Positions 27,401-38,534 are shown, numbered from the stretch's first letter. The stretch: 64,000 nt of DNA from an uncultured delta proteobacterium (GCA_963767925.1 CAVYGB010000002.1:2048001-2112000), one strand, 5' to 3'. Program-made: numbers and translations. The notes: a model not told the origin generated them from the letters alone.

Positions 27401-27449
27401 CGTAGAGGGGCTTCACGCCGCGAGGGTACGTTGTCGCCTCCGGAGCCAC
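24408..27449 (-). CDS. STAND/LAL-like AAA_16 ATPase regulator (paralog of 3237..6647)
   Basis: GEPGIGKS, GRCWEAGGAPAYWPW, LVLDDLHAAD, GHPLFV, FSHLLLRD and the same C-terminal domain (GLVYLDYLLEQPGRQVHVLEL...ERARINVQRRLKDAIDRI...KTGTYC). Start at 27449 or 27416. Confidence 0.85.
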   Translation of the reverse strand: MAPEATTYPRGVKPLYGRIEAIARARLAAERARAGEGTLLLLTGEPGIGKSRLAEHIADLAASMGAVVAWGRCWEAGGAPAYWPWIQVFRELKMDPDPFAVAGADLGSGESEARFAAFDLAVRRLVERAARQPLLLVLDDLHAADVPSLLLLLLLARALRRTRLLVVGAYREAEARQAPELAGLIGKLAREGEVLALAGLAPSEVKQWLREAAPGSEGQAPALHRMTEGHPLFVAELLRLGHGWTGSAPLTEGLRAVLDERLALLPTASRALLEAASVLGRELTPSELAETAALPLAQVGEGLQAAAATGLLLPVDGGERLRFSHLLLRDRLYTRIGPSARAALHWRAGSAQLARGVDPVQAVHHLFEGQSAGSAERVAEVALAAAERAIGRLAFEDAARVARRGLDLAGQAGLAPRLRCGLQLALAEALVRLGETAPGKETAVQAARLSRELGAPDLLARAALVYSAEVVTGTRDDRGNALLREALAATSEGDSPTRARLLARLAAGVSPARDRADVEEILGLMQAAQAMARRLGDAYTLLYVLHFVAAAGGYLVPDEERFALLQETVRLAVALDQRLLLLTTYGNYIAALLGQGQRAEAAAALEGYEQLVAEVAQPHQAWRLPLVRATFHAFGGDYPAAEAQSAEAHALAQEAGSRSGLALWAIQRLSLAKLRGEPTLIAADAEEVLSLIRNHPIQQHNTIWILAATGRREEAARALAALPVDPDHHARLLGTSEACVLLGDATLAARLYELLSALPNRMFWFGGGGGMIGPVARVLGDLARLLGRREAALRHYDDASALGEKMGAVPILESCRRARALVLAESPAAVAPAVVPPAPAPAPPGLRLELRREGDVWAIATAGGTLRLKHAKGLVYLDYLLEQPGRQVHVLELAGIEHQTGDAGPILDARAKAAYRSRLDDLREELQEGERFGDAGRVSRAQAEIEAIAEQLAGAVGLGGRDRRAASDAERARINVQRRLKDAIDRIAAADAALGRYLAASVKTGTYCAFEPV

Positions 27450-27545
27450 AAGCGGTGGCCCGCCCGTGGGCGCGGGCTGCCCGGCGCCGCGATTCCGTTT
27501 TCGGCCCGCGGGGAGGGGGCGGTCGCGACCCCTCCGTCCGGCGGG

Positions 27546-27737
27546 TCAGCGGGAGCGCGACTTGCCGGCGGGCGGGCGCTTGGCGGGGGAGCGGCCGGTT
27601 TCGTCGAACAGGGGGGTGCCGCCGGCGTAGAGGGTGTCGGCGGGGTCGCCGAAGGGGTTGCGCTTCTTGGCTACCGGCTTCTTGCTGGGGGCGGCGGGGC
27701 GCTTGGCGGCGGGACGCGGGGCGGGCTTCTTCGGCAT
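27546..27737 (-). CDS. Small basic Lys/Pro/Ala-rich protein
   Basis: ATG start, strong codon bias, histone-like N-terminus followed by NPFGDPADTLYAGGTPLFDETG. Confidence 0.55.
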   Translation of the reverse strand: MPKKPAPRPAAKRPAAPSKKPVAKKRNPFGDPADTLYAGGTPLFDETGRSPAKRPPAGKSRSR

Positions 27738-27799
27738 GGCTCAAGTATGGGAGCGGGCGGGGCGGGGATGCCACCGCGGCAGGGGTGGCAGGGGGTGGG

Positions 27800-30124
27800 T
27801 CAGGTGAGGAGGGTGGGGGGGAGGAGGGGGCTGGGGTCGGCTGTGACCAGGAGCCAGAGCTGGTGGGCGGCGCGGGTGGCGGCGATGTGGATGAGGTGGC
27901 GGGACTCGTCGTCGTTGCCGAAGGTGCTGGCGTTGACCTCGCACAGGACGACGTAGTCGAACTCCAGCCCCTTGACCTGGCGGATCTCGGTGACCTCGAT
28001 GCCGGGTTTGAAGGAGAACTCCTGGGCCCGGATCCGGCGCAGCAGGGGGACCTCGGCCCGGCGCAGGCCCTGGTAATAGCGGTCGGCCTCCTCGGGGTGG
28101 CGGGTCAGGACGGCCACGGTGGCGCGCGGCTCGCGGGCGAACAGGGGGCGCAGGGCCTCGGCCAGGAAGGCCACCGCCGCGCCGGTGCCGGGGAAGCGGT
28201 GGGCCTGCACGGGGGCGCCCGAGCGGGGGGCGCGGGGGGCCTGGGCGGGGGCCAGGGGGCCCATCACGTGGCGGGCGAGGGCGAGGATCTCGCGGGTGGA
28301 GCGGTAGGAGATCTCGCAGCGGCTCGACCGCGACGTGCTCGAGGCCGAGCTGACCCAGCAACGTGCGCCAGTCGAGAAAGCCGCTGTCGAGCAGCAGCCG
28401 CTGCGCGGTGTCGCCGGCCAGGGTGACCGAGCGGGAGGTGGTGGTGGCGCCGATCAGGGTCGAGCAGCTGCATGGGCGACAGATCCTGGGCCTCGTCGAC
28501 GAACAGGTGGGCCAGGGGCTGGTCGACCCCGCGCAGGAGCTGGTGGGTGCGCAGCAGGATGGCGGCGTCCTCCAGGTCGAGCAGGACGCGGCTCTCCTGG
28601 GTGGCCAGGCCGTCGATGCCGGTGTGCCCGCGGATGTCGTCGTCGTCGGGGGGGCGCTCGCGGTGGCGCAGCCGGCGCGGCTTCGGCTCCCGGTCGAGGG
28701 TCGCCGACACCCGCTCGGTGATGAACCGGTGGGCCTCCACGACCTCGGCCCGCCCCAGGCGGGCGGCCGGGTCCCCGCTCACAAGCGCGACGAGGCGCTC
28801 GCGGTCGGTGAGCAGCTCGGCCCACAGTTGCAAGATGGCGCGCGAGCTGCGGCGGCCCTCGTGGGCCTTCGTGCGCCGCTGCAGCTCCTCGAGCAGGGCG
28901 GGGTGGTTCTTGAGGCGGGTGACCACCGGGGGTGCGTCGTCGACGACCTGGGCCTCGAGCTTCGGCATCGCCCGCTTCAGCTCGCGCTCGACCCAGCTCT
29001 GGTAGGTGACGACGGCGACGTCGTGCACGCCGAGCGCCGGGAGCACCTGGCTGATGTAGGCGGCCAGCGCCGACCCGTAGGTCACGACAAGCATGCGCTT
29101 GGGCTTGAAGCGCTCGGGGGCGGCGTAGGCCAGGTAGGCGATCCGGTGCAGGCCGATGGTGGTCTTGCCGCTGCCGGCGCCGCCCTGGATCACCACCACG
29201 CCCGAGCGGGGCGTGGTGATCAGCTCGAACTGGCGGGGGTCGACAAGGGCGGCGATCTCCGGCAGGTGCCGGTCCAGCCGCTGCTGCCCGCGCCCGACCA
29301 TCCCCAGGACCGCCCCCCGCGGCAGCCCGGGCTGCGCGAGCTGTCCTGGCTGCGGTGGCTGTCCCGGTTGCCCGGGCTGTCCCGGTTGCCCGGGCTGGAC
29401 GGAATGTCCCGGCTGCGCGGACTGCGGTGGTGATCCGCCGCGCGGAGGTGGCGCCGCGCGCCCGAGGGGGCTCCCGGGGCGCGTCGCGGTCCCCTCGCCG
29501 CCGGTCAGCTCGGGGGTGGCGAGATCGGTCCGGATCCAGGCGCCGTCCTCGCGCAGCCACGAGCCCTGGGGGCAATCGATCCGCTCGAGCACCCCGCTCG
29601 TCGATGGTGACGGTGCGGCGGGCGAGGATCTCCCCCTCCACCTCGCGGTCGCCGAAGCGCTCCTCGTAGTCGCTCCCCTCGCTGTAGCGGTAATAGAGCT
29701 GGCTCACCGGGGCGTTCCGCCAGTCGACGATGTTGATCCGGCTGTCGGGGTCGATGAAGGTGGCCCGTCCGATCAGCACGTCGCGCTGGTAGGGCCGTCC
29801 GCCGGGGCCGTGCTCGCGCAGGCGCAGGTGGCCGAAGTAGGGGACCTTGGGATCGACGAGCACGCTGCGGGCCTCGGCCTTCTGCAGCGACACCCCCTGC
29901 AGCCGCTCCATCTGGGCGATCAGGGCGGGCACGTCCTCCAGGCGGGCCTCGGCGATCTCGTCGCGCAGGGCCACCAGCTCCTGATCGTAGGCCAGGCCGC
30001 CGCTGCGGGGGGGCGGCGGGCGGGTCCGCTGCTGCAGGCTCTCCTCGACCCGCGCCAGCAGCCGCTCCTCCTCGGATGGGATGTCGGCGTCGGGGGTTGG
30101 TTCCTGCTCGGAGTCGCGGGTCAC
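27800..30124 (-). CDS. helD: HelD-like SF1 ATPase (RNA polymerase recycling/UvrD-like), split by three frameshifts (~29597, ~28462, ~28315)
   Basis: Joining the frames restores PYFGHL, IVDWRNAPVSQLYY, QGGAGSGKTTIGLHRIAYL, VDEAQDLS, LAGDTAQ, SYRSTREI, KGLEFDYV and ATRAAHQL in the expected order. GGAG before GTG 30124. Confidence 0.8.
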
Positions 30125-30289
30125 GGCCCGCTCCACTATGCCATGGCCGACCCTCCCCGACCGCCGCGCGGGCGGAGGCACTGGCTCAGAAGCGGGCGTC
30201 GAGCACGAAGGCGGGGCCTTGCAGCCTGGCGGGGCCCGGCAGCCAGGTGGGGACCAGCGCGACGGAGGGGCGCGGCTCGGCCTCCTGCG

Positions 30290-30502
30290 AAAGCCCGCCA
30301 CGGTGGTGAGGACGCTGGCCATCTTGCTGGCGTCGTCGTGGCCGAACTGCAGCCGCTCGCGTCCCGGGGCGGGCAGGTTGGCCCCCACCAGGACGGCGAC
30401 CCGGTTGGACCGCGGCCGGACCTGCGCGGGCGCGGCGGTCGCGGCGATCGAGAGCGCCAGGAAGGCGAGGAGGGAGGTGAACAGGACAGGGCTCGCCGTC
30501 AT
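30290..30502 (-). pseudogene. N-terminal fragment of a secreted caspase-family (C14-like) protein
   Basis: Signal peptide followed by RVAVLVGAN..PGRERLQFGHDDASKMASVL, resembling the start of myxobacterial caspase-domain proteins. The similarity stops after ~70 aa. Confidence 0.55.
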
Positions 30503-30515
30503 GAGGTCGCTCCGG

Positions 30516-30870
30516 TCATGGGTTTTCTTTGTCGAGCACGAGAAGCTGGCGCCAGACGGCCGGGCGCTCGGAGGTGGTCGCTTCGTCCTCGGCGGGGGGC
30601 GCCTCGCGCGCCCGGGCGTGCAGCTCCGCCGGGATGGGCTGCCGGCCGAAGATGACGCTGAGGATCTCCTGGTTGCCTTCGCCGTCGACCCGGAAGCTCA
30701 CCGGCAGGAGCTGGTCGCCCCCGGCGATGGTCCCCTCGAACAGGACCAGCGGTTGCTCCTGGCCCGGCGAGCGGCCCGCCACCGACACGAACCGATAGCC
30801 GGCGCCGTTCAGCTCCACCCGCAGCCGGTCACCGGGGTACACCGCCCGCCCCTCGCACTGCCGTTTTCGC
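30516..30870 (-). pseudogene. C-terminal fragment resembling a DUF4384-like domain
   Basis: VYPGDRLRVEL...FVSV...LLPVSFRVDGEGNQE...IFGRQPI. No convincing start. Lies immediately upstream of the caspase fragment. Confidence 0.4.
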
Positions 30871-30987
30871 CGGGGCGCGCGGGGCGACGGGGTGACCGCC
30901 GGCGCCATCAAGTCCCTGCGGGAATTCCCCGAAGCGTAGAGGGCCACGCTTCCCGGCGGGGGTGATTTCGCTTATCGGGGGTTACAT

Positions 30988-33900
30988 ATGCCGAGACTAC
31001 GCACAGCCTGGGTCCTTGTCGCAGCGGTCGCGTTCGCAGTGGGGTGTGGAGGGTCGGGCAAGCCCGCTCCCACGCACGACGGGGCGCCCGGGGGTAACGG
31101 CGGCACCGGCGGCAGCGGCGGCTCCGGGGGCAACGGCGGCTCGGGGGCAGCGGCGGGACAGGCGGCACCGGCGACGCGCCCAACCCCGTGCAGCGGAGCG
31201 TGCGCGTGGTCTCCTCGCCGGTGCGGACCGTGATGGCCGGTGAGGCCCTCCGCTACCGGGTGGTGGCCTCCGACCCCAGCGCCTCCTTCGAGGGGATCGA
31301 GCTGCCCGACGGGGCCACCCTCGACACCGCGGGCAACTTCTTCTGGACCCCCGCGCCCGCGCAGAGCGGGCCCCGCCGGGTGGCGGTGAAGGTCAAGGCC
31401 GGCGACGAGGAGGTCACCCAGGCCTTCAACGTCGTCGTGTCGACCGCCAGCCGCCAGCGCACGCAGGCGGTGGACCCCAACGCCCCCGAGGCCACCTCGA
31501 TCACCGTGGACGCGCCCCTCTCGCCCATCCGGGGCGCCGGCGTGCAGATCGAGCCCGGCAGCCTCATCGGCACCGAGGAGCTGACCGTCAGCATCTCCGC
31601 CGTCGAGAACGCGCCCCTGCCCCCCTCGGCGGTGGTGCGGGGCGTGCCCCTCGGCAACCTCAAGCCGGTCGAGCTGGGCCCCAGCGGCACCGCCTTCCGC
31701 AAGGCGGCCCGGGTCCAGCTCCCGTACAGCGCCGACCTGCTCGGCGTGGGGGAACAACCCGAGGTCCTCACCATCGACCCGGTCAGCGGCGCCTGGGAGA
31801 AGGTGAAGATCCTCGAGGTCGACCGGGAGCAGAACATCGTCACCGCCGAGATCGAGCACTTCTCCACGTACGTCGTGGCGCCCGCGGGCACCCTGCTCGA
31901 GGGCAAGCTCTCGCTCGGCGCCGCCGGCACCGCCTGCGCGCGCAGCCTCATCGTGCGCGCGGCCCTCATCGGCCAGCCCGGCCTGTTGCCCGCCACCTTC
32001 GTCAACGGCTACGCTGGGCCGGCCGCCAGCCTGGCGGAGGTGCTGGCCGGCATGTTGCCCGGCCAGACCCTGCAGGTCTTCCTGCACGCCACCGCCCGAT
32101 CCAGGAATGGCCCCAGCGAGCAGGGCTGGTTGCTGATGACCGCCACCCGGAACATGACCGGCGGCTTCCGCGTCGCCATCAGCGGCAGCCAGCAGGCGGG
32201 CCCCTTCCTGCGGCTGCCCGACGTCATGAACGCCACCGACGCCCAGCTCCTGGCGCTGCTGGCGGGCCGCAAGGCGCACCTCATCTTCAACGGGCTTGGC
32301 GCCATGGAGAAGGGCGTCGCGGTGACCGTCGAGGTCTCGCTGTACCTGGTCGACGGCAACGACGCCGATCGCCCCCCCCTCAACCCGGTCAACCCGGTCG
32401 CCCGCGAGACCTTCGAGGCGAGCGAGCTGGCCAGCGATCTCCCCGCCACGGTCGGCTACGACAAGGACTGCGACCAGGCGCCCGAGGTCGACGACATGGA
32501 GCCCGACGGCGTGGCCCCGCCCCAGATCTTCGGCGAGCCCGCCTCGCCCCTGCGCCTGACCATCGGCGACACCGCCACCCTGAAGGTGGCCAGCAACAGC
32601 GAGGACGTGGCCTTCGCCTGGACCGCCAGCGACCCCAGCTTGCGCCTGGCCGCCGGCGCGGGGGACAGCCACACCATCAATCCCCGCCAGGCCGGCGTCT
32701 ACCGGGTGGTCGTCACCGGCGAGCACGAGGGCGCCGCCAGCCGCTACGTCTGGGACGTCCTTGTCGACGCCCCCGACACGCGGCAGAAGAACACGCCCCC
32801 CGAGGTGAAGATCGCCAGCAGCGTCGCCGTGGCCCGGGTGGGAGAGGTCGTCGCCCTGCTGGCCGTCGGCCGCGACAAGGAGCAAGGTGCGCTGCGCTTC
32901 CGCTGGCAGGCCAGCGACCCGGTCGTCCTGCCGATCACCCACGGCCCGCGCGTGCCCTTCGTCGCCCCCGCTCCCGGCGACTACAAGATCGAGTGCGTGG
33001 CCAATGACGGCATGGCCGACAGCGCCCCCGCCACCCTCGTGATCACCGTGCTCGCCGAGACGGCCAACCGCCCCCCCGAGGCCCCCGCCGTGACCCCCCT
33101 GTCGGCCCTGGTGCCCCACCCGGTGGGTGAGCCGGCGAAGATCCTGCTGCACGCCCGCTCGGTCGACCCCGACGGTGACCCGGTCACCTTCGACTTCGCG
33201 CCCGACCCCTCGGTCTCGCGCGCCGTCACCCTGGAGAAGAAGAGCGCCAGCACCGCCGAGGTGCGCAGCGCGGTCGATGGGGTGTTCCTGTTCCACGTCA
33301 CCGCCCAGGACAGCCACGGCGCCACCAGCCCCGCCACCGTCGTGCGCATCCAGATCGTCCCCGCCGGATCGGTGGGCGGCGAGAAGGTGGACAACGATCG
33401 GGACGGGCACCCCTCGGGCGTCGACTGCAACGACAGCAACAACGCCATCTTCCCGGGCGCCCGCGAGACCTGCGGCGACAACGTCGACCAGAACTGCGAC
33501 GGCCGCGACCAGCCGGCCGAGGAGTGCGACGCCGACGGCGACCGCTTCACCGAAGATCAGGGCGACTGCGACGACAACGACCCCCGCCGCAACCCGAAGA
33601 TGTTCGAGCGCTGCGACGGCATCGACAACAACTGCGACTTGCAGGTCGACGAGGGCTTCCAGACCGGCCAGCCCTGCCACGCCGGCACGGGGGCCTGCCG
33701 CGCCGCCGGCACCACCCGCTGCAGCGCCACCCTGGGGGCGGTCGTGTGTGACGTCCAGCCCGGGCGCCCGGCGATGGAGACCTGCGACGGCGTCGACAAC
33801 GACTGCAACGGTCGGGTGGACGACGTGATGGTCAAGAGCACCGGCGACGTCGGGAGCTGCGGGGCCTGCGGCAACGCCTGCCCGCAGCGGGCCAACACCG

Positions 33901-36071
33901 TCGCCGCCTGCCAGGTGGGGGGCTGCTCGGCGCTCTGCCGGCTGGGCTTTGTCGACCTGGACCGCGATCCCACCAACGGCTGCGAGTGCCAGATCAGCGA
34001 GCGCGGCGTCGAGAAGTGCGACGGCCTGGACAACGACTGCAACGGCCGCATCGACGACAACGTCACCGACAAGGTGTACGGCGGCGAGGAGAGCACCCGC
34101 GACGTGGGGGTGTGCGCCTCCGGCGTGCGCATCTGCAAGGGGGGCGAGCTGGTCGAGCAGCGGGCGCCGCGCCTGCCCGGCGACGAGGTGTGCGACGGCC
34201 TGGACAACGACTGCAACGGCAAGGTCGACGAGCTGTTCGACCTGCAGAACGACGCCCGCAACTGCGGGGGGTGCGGCATCACCTGCAGCTCGGGGGTCAA
34301 GTGCGAGCGCGGGCGCTGCGCGGGCGGCGGCGAGCCGACCTTGCCCCTGCCGCCTCGGTCCGACGGCAGCGGCGGGCAGGTGCAGATCGGCATCTGCCCT
34401 CTGGCGGCCGGTGGCACCACCTGCGTCGACCTGCAGACCGACCCCGTCCACTGCGGGACCTGCGGCAACGCTTGCCCCACCGGCATGTTCTGCGGCCTCG
34501 GGGCCTGCGTCTCGCTCGACAAGTTGCCCGATGGCACGCGCCCACCGGCGGTGGTGCGCGCGAGCTGTCCCCAGGCGCCCCCGCCCACCAGCGGCGGCGA
34601 CGCCGGCGTGGGCGGCTGCCCGGTCGCCCTGCCCGACGCCTGCAAGGGCCCGGCGGGTGACCTGTACTGCACCAACCTGCGCTTCGACAACGCGAGCTGC
34701 GGGGCCTGCGGCGTCCCCTGCCCGGCGGGCGCCTACTGCCGCGACGGGCGCTGCTCCGACCCCGGCTCGACCGAGCCGGGCAGCCCGGTGCCGGCCCCTA
34801 CCTGCCGCCAGCCGTTCAAGCTGTGCACCGACCCGTTCGGCGGCACCCACTGCACCGACCTCGCCACGGACGTCCGCAACTGCGGCGGCTGCGACATCGC
34901 CTGCGGGGCCGGCACCCGCTGCCTCGCCGGACAGTGCGTGACCGGCGAGAAGCCACCCGAGCCGACCTGTCCGCCCCCCACCAGCACCTGCCTGGGCCTG
35001 CAGAGCGAGATCCTCTGCGTCGACCTCGCCCGGAACCCCGACAACTGCGGGGCCTGCGGCACCGGCTGCGCCGCGGGCTCCTTCTGCAAGGAGGGCCAGT
35101 GCGTGGCCGGCACCGCGCCGCCGCCCACCTGCTACAAGCCGATGGTCACCTGCAAGGTCGAGACGCGGGTGTATTGCGCCGACACCTTCCGTGACCCCGG
35201 CAACTGCGGGGCCTGCGGCATGACCTGCCCGGCGGGCAACTACTGCGGCGACGGCCGCTGCCAGAGCGGCGCCCCGCCGCCCCCCGTCTGCGAGGAGCCG
35301 CGGCTGAGCTGCAAGGGTCCGCGCGACGAGCCGTATTGCACCGATCCCTTCCGGGATCCCACCAACTGCGGCACCTGCGGCAAGGCCTGCCCGCTGGGGA
35401 GCTACTGCGCGCTCGGCCAGTGCGCGGGCGGCGCGCCTCCCCCTCCCACCTGCGAGAAGCCCAACGTGATCTGCATGGACACCCGGGGCGGCTCGTCCTG
35501 CAGCGATCCGCAGCGGGATCCCCGCAACTGCGGGGCCTGCGGCACAATCTGCACCGCCGGCACCTCCTGCATCGAGGGCCGCTGCCAGGAGGGCGCCCCC
35601 CCGCCCCCGGTGTGTGAACAGCCGCTCACCCTGTGTCAGGACGCCGCCGGTGGGCCGGGGTTCTGCACCCTCCTGCTGCGCGACCCGCGCAACTGCGGCG
35701 AGTGCCGCAACGCCTGCCAGGAAGGCCTGGTCTGCACCGACGGTCGCTGCGTGGACGCGACGACCGTCTGCGAGAAGCCGCTGGCCTCGTGCCTGGACCC
35801 GGCGGGCAAGCCGATCTGCACCGATCCGCTGCACGACCGGCGCCACTGTGGCGGCTGCAACAAGGCCTGCGCCGACACGGAGGCCTGCGTGGAGGGCAAG
35901 TGTGGCCCCCCGCCCGGCTGCCTGCCGCCCCGCCTGGTCTGCCGCATCGACCCCCAGCGGACCGTCTGCACCGACCCCAACCAGGATCCCAACAACTGCG
36001 GCGGCTGCGGCAACCTCTGCCCTGCCGGCCGCCCCTGCGAAGCCGGCCGCTGCCTCCCTCTGCTGCCCTGA
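30988..36071 (+). CDS. Giant Cys-rich surface lipoprotein (Ig-like/ZU5-like domains, MopE-type metal-binding repeats, Stig1-like repeats), with one frameshift in a G-run at ~31145
   Basis: Lipobox FAVGC and Gly linker in the 30988 frame, continuing in the 31188 frame. ELGPSGTAF...EIEHFSTY. Five CDGxDNxCxG-type repeats and about twelve DPxNCGxCGxxC-type repeats. Confidence 0.85.
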
Positions 36072-36114
36072 CGGCGGCGGTAGCCTCGAGGCGGGCGCAA
36101 GCTTTGTAGCGGCG

Positions 36115-36161
36115 CCCCCTCACCCTTGCCCTCTCCCCGCTGCCGCGGGGCGAGGGCAAAC
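36115..36161. repeat. REP-like palindrome (same family as the 6651/6850 arms)
   Basis: CCCCCTCACCCTTGCCCTCTCCCCGCTGCCGCGGGGCGAGGGCAAAC, between convergent genes. Confidence 0.85.
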
Positions 36162-36337
36162 ACGCAGCGTGGACCCGAGCAAAGCGGCCGCCGCTACCCT
36201 TTGCGCGGCGGCACCGACGCGCTCGAGCTGATCCGGGAGGCGCTGGGCGGGGTGCTCCGCTGAGCGGCGGCGGCCCACGGCACCGGGGTGCGCGAGCTTC
36301 CTTGTGTGTGCGGTTTTTTCGCTGGGCGCTGGCTACC

Positions 36338-37273
36338 TCACACGCACAGGCCGGCGACGCAGAGCAGCCCCAGCAGGCACTCGCGGTCGTCGCGGCAGGG
36401 GCCGCCGGGCTTGCGGGGGACGCAGCGGCCGCGCTCGCACTGGGAGTCGTCGGTGCAGTCGTCGTGGCCGTCGCAGGAGAGCAGGCAGCCGTTGAGCGTG
36501 CAGCGGTAGCGGTCGCAGGTCACCTGGGGGGCGGGCTCCTGGCAGACTCCGGCGCCGTTGCAGGTGGCGGCCGGCGTGTACAGGTTGACCGCGCAGGCGG
36601 CGAGCCCGCACGGTGTCCCGGCCGTCGCCCCCGCGCAGCCGCCGTCGACGCGGACGGCGGCATCGGTGGCGGGCGCTCCGTCGGGGCGGGCGTCCCCGGC
36701 GCCCCCATCCGGGCCAGCGGGGGCGCCGGCGTCCACCTCGGTGGTGGCGCCGCCGTCCGGGGCGGGCGGGCCGCCGCTGACCGGGGCGCACACCCCGCTG
36801 GGGACACAGATCTGCTCGGGCGCGCAGCCGCCGGGACAGTAGGCGCCGAGGGTGAGCAGCACGCGCATCACCTCGCTGGGCCGGAAGGTCACGGTGGTCT
36901 CCGCGGTGGCCCGCTTCTCGTGGTCGGGACCGCCGAGCCCGGTGGCCTCGATGTGCAGGGTCGGCGTGCGGCCGGGGTCGGCGGGGCGCAGTCCGAGGCG
37001 GGCCGGCAGCCGGGGCAGGGGGCCCTCCCGGATCGGAAAGGTCTCCTCGACGATGGGTTGCCCCGGGGTGCCGTTCCAGACCTGGATGCGGATGGTGTCG
37101 ATGCGCGCCTGCACCAGCGGGGTGGCCTCCACCTCGACGATGATGCCGGTGCCCGCCTGCGAGCCGCAGGCGGCGGCCAGGCCGGCGCTCAGCCCGACCA
37201 GCGCGGCCAGCCCCGGGGAGCGCGGGATCGAGCCCCGGCCTGCGCATGGCGAAGCGGCGGATCCCGCCCTCAC
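36338..37273 (-). CDS. Cys-rich lipoprotein
   Basis: GTG start overlaps the upstream stop (GTGA). Lipobox LAAAC, beta-rich N-domain, DGG/DAG linker, Cys-rich C-terminus. Confidence 0.7.
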   Translation of the reverse strand: MRAGSAASPCAGRGSIPRSPGLAALVGLSAGLAAACGSQAGTGIIVEVEATPLVQARIDTIRIQVWNGTPGQPIVEETFPIREGPLPRLPARLGLRPADPGRTPTLHIEATGLGGPDHEKRATAETTVTFRPSEVMRVLLTLGAYCPGGCAPEQICVPSGVCAPVSGGPPAPDGGATTEVDAGAPAGPDGGAGDARPDGAPATDAAVRVDGGCAGATAGTPCGLAACAVNLYTPAATCNGAGVCQEPAPQVTCDRYRCTLNGCLLSCDGHDDCTDDSQCERGRCVPRKPGGPCRDDRECLLGLLCVAGLCV

Positions 37274-38532
37274 GGGATCTCCCGCGTCGACAGGCAGGCC
37301 GCCCCGCAGGTCCAGCCAGGCCCGTCGGGGCGGATCAGGAAGATCGCCGCCACCGTGGCCAGGCTGACCGCGCCGAGCGCCGGCCAGAACCAGGGACGGC
37401 GGTAGATCGGGGCCTGCGCGGGGGGCGGCGTGGCGTGCAGCTCTCCCGGCCGGGGCGGTCTCACCGACAGCACCGGCGCCGATCGGTCTGCCGCCGCTCG
37501 CAGCTCCCCCGGCTCCTGCGGCGCCCGCTCGGATCCGAGGAGGCGGGCCGGCGGGGCGTCGTGATCGGCCCAGCCAGCGCCGGCCTGGGCCACCACCGGA
37601 GCCGCGGGCGTCTCGGCCGCCGGCGCGCGCTCGGGCGCGGGTGGCGGCGGCGCGGGCGTTGCGACCGGCCCACGGGCGAATGTGGCTGACGTCGCGGGGG
37701 TTGCTGCCGCCTCGCGGACGGGCACCGCGACCGGCGCGGGCGCCACATCGGGCGCGGCGGCCGGCGCGAGGACCGCTCCGGGCGCCGGCGGCGCCTCGGG
37801 TGCTTGCGCCGGTGTCCCCATCGCGGGCGAGGGTCCGGTCTCCTGGGTGCGGGCCGCGATGGTCTCGGGCACGCGGGCTGACACGGTTCCAGCCGCGGGC
37901 GCACCGGGCACCGGCGCCGCCGGGGCGGGTGGGCTCACGTGCGGGGGAGGCGCCTCCCGCTCGGTCCAGCCGGCGCTCGTGGCCTGCGGGATCGGGGGCG
38001 CAGGCGGCGGCGCGGCCAGCTCGAGGCTGAGCGAAGGGGGCGGTCCGGCCCGGTCGGTCCAGGCGGCCGGGGGCGGCGTGGGATCCGGCGGCGCGGGCGG
38101 CGTCCGCACGGTCACGGTCGCGACCGGCGCGGGCGGCGGCGGGGGGGCGGGGTGCTCGATCTTCTGCCGGGCCGTGAGCTCCCGGATCCGGGCGAGGACG
38201 CGGCGGCGGTTCTTGCTGCTGGGATCGGCCTGCAGGTAGCGGCGGTAGTAGATGATGGCCGGCTCCTCGTCCCCCTTCTTCCAGTACGCCTGGGCGACGT
38301 TGTAAAGCAGGATGGGCGCGGGGTCGACCTGGTAGGCCTGCAGGAAGGCCTGCACCGCCCGGTCGTAGTGGCCGAGACCGTAGGCGGTCATGCCGAGCTC
38401 GTAGTGGGCTTTGGCCCGGGTGGCGGGATCGGGCGCCTGGGCCCGGGCGGCGGGCGCGGCGGCGAGCAGCGCGATCGCCAGCAGCACCGGCGCGGCGGCC
38501 CGCGCGAGCCTGCAATCTGGTGGGTTAATCAT
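37270..38532 (-). CDS. Secreted TPR protein with long Pro/Ala linker and C-terminal membrane anchor
   Basis: Signal peptide, AKAHYELG..AY.LGHYDRAV.AF.QAY, LLYNVAQAY, PIYRRPWFW followed by a TM helix. Confidence 0.8.
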   Translation of the reverse strand: MINPPDCRLARAAAPVLLAIALLAAAPAARAQAPDPATRAKAHYELGMTAYGLGHYDRAVQAFLQAYQVDPAPILLYNVAQAYWKKGDEEPAIIYYRRYLQADPSSKNRRRVLARIRELTARQKIEHPAPPPPPAPVATVTVRTPPAPPDPTPPPAAWTDRAGPPPSLSLELAAPPPAPPIPQATSAGWTEREAPPPHVSPPAPAAPVPGAPAAGTVSARVPETIAARTQETGPSPAMGTPAQAPEAPPAPGAVLAPAAAPDVAPAPVAVPVREAAATPATSATFARGPVATPAPPPPAPERAPAAETPAAPVVAQAGAGWADHDAPPARLLGSERAPQEPGELRAAADRSAPVLSVRPPRPGELHATPPPAQAPIYRRPWFWPALGAVSLATVAAIFLIRPDGPGWTCGAACLSTREIP

Positions 38533-38534
38533 GA

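Noticed and set aside
28454..30502. 682-aa signal-peptide/caspase/helicase fusion ORF
   Set aside because: It is a chance in-frame join of a truncated caspase fragment, non-coding-like sequence and the helD start, which has its own Shine-Dalgarno and GTG. The distal part is off-frame.
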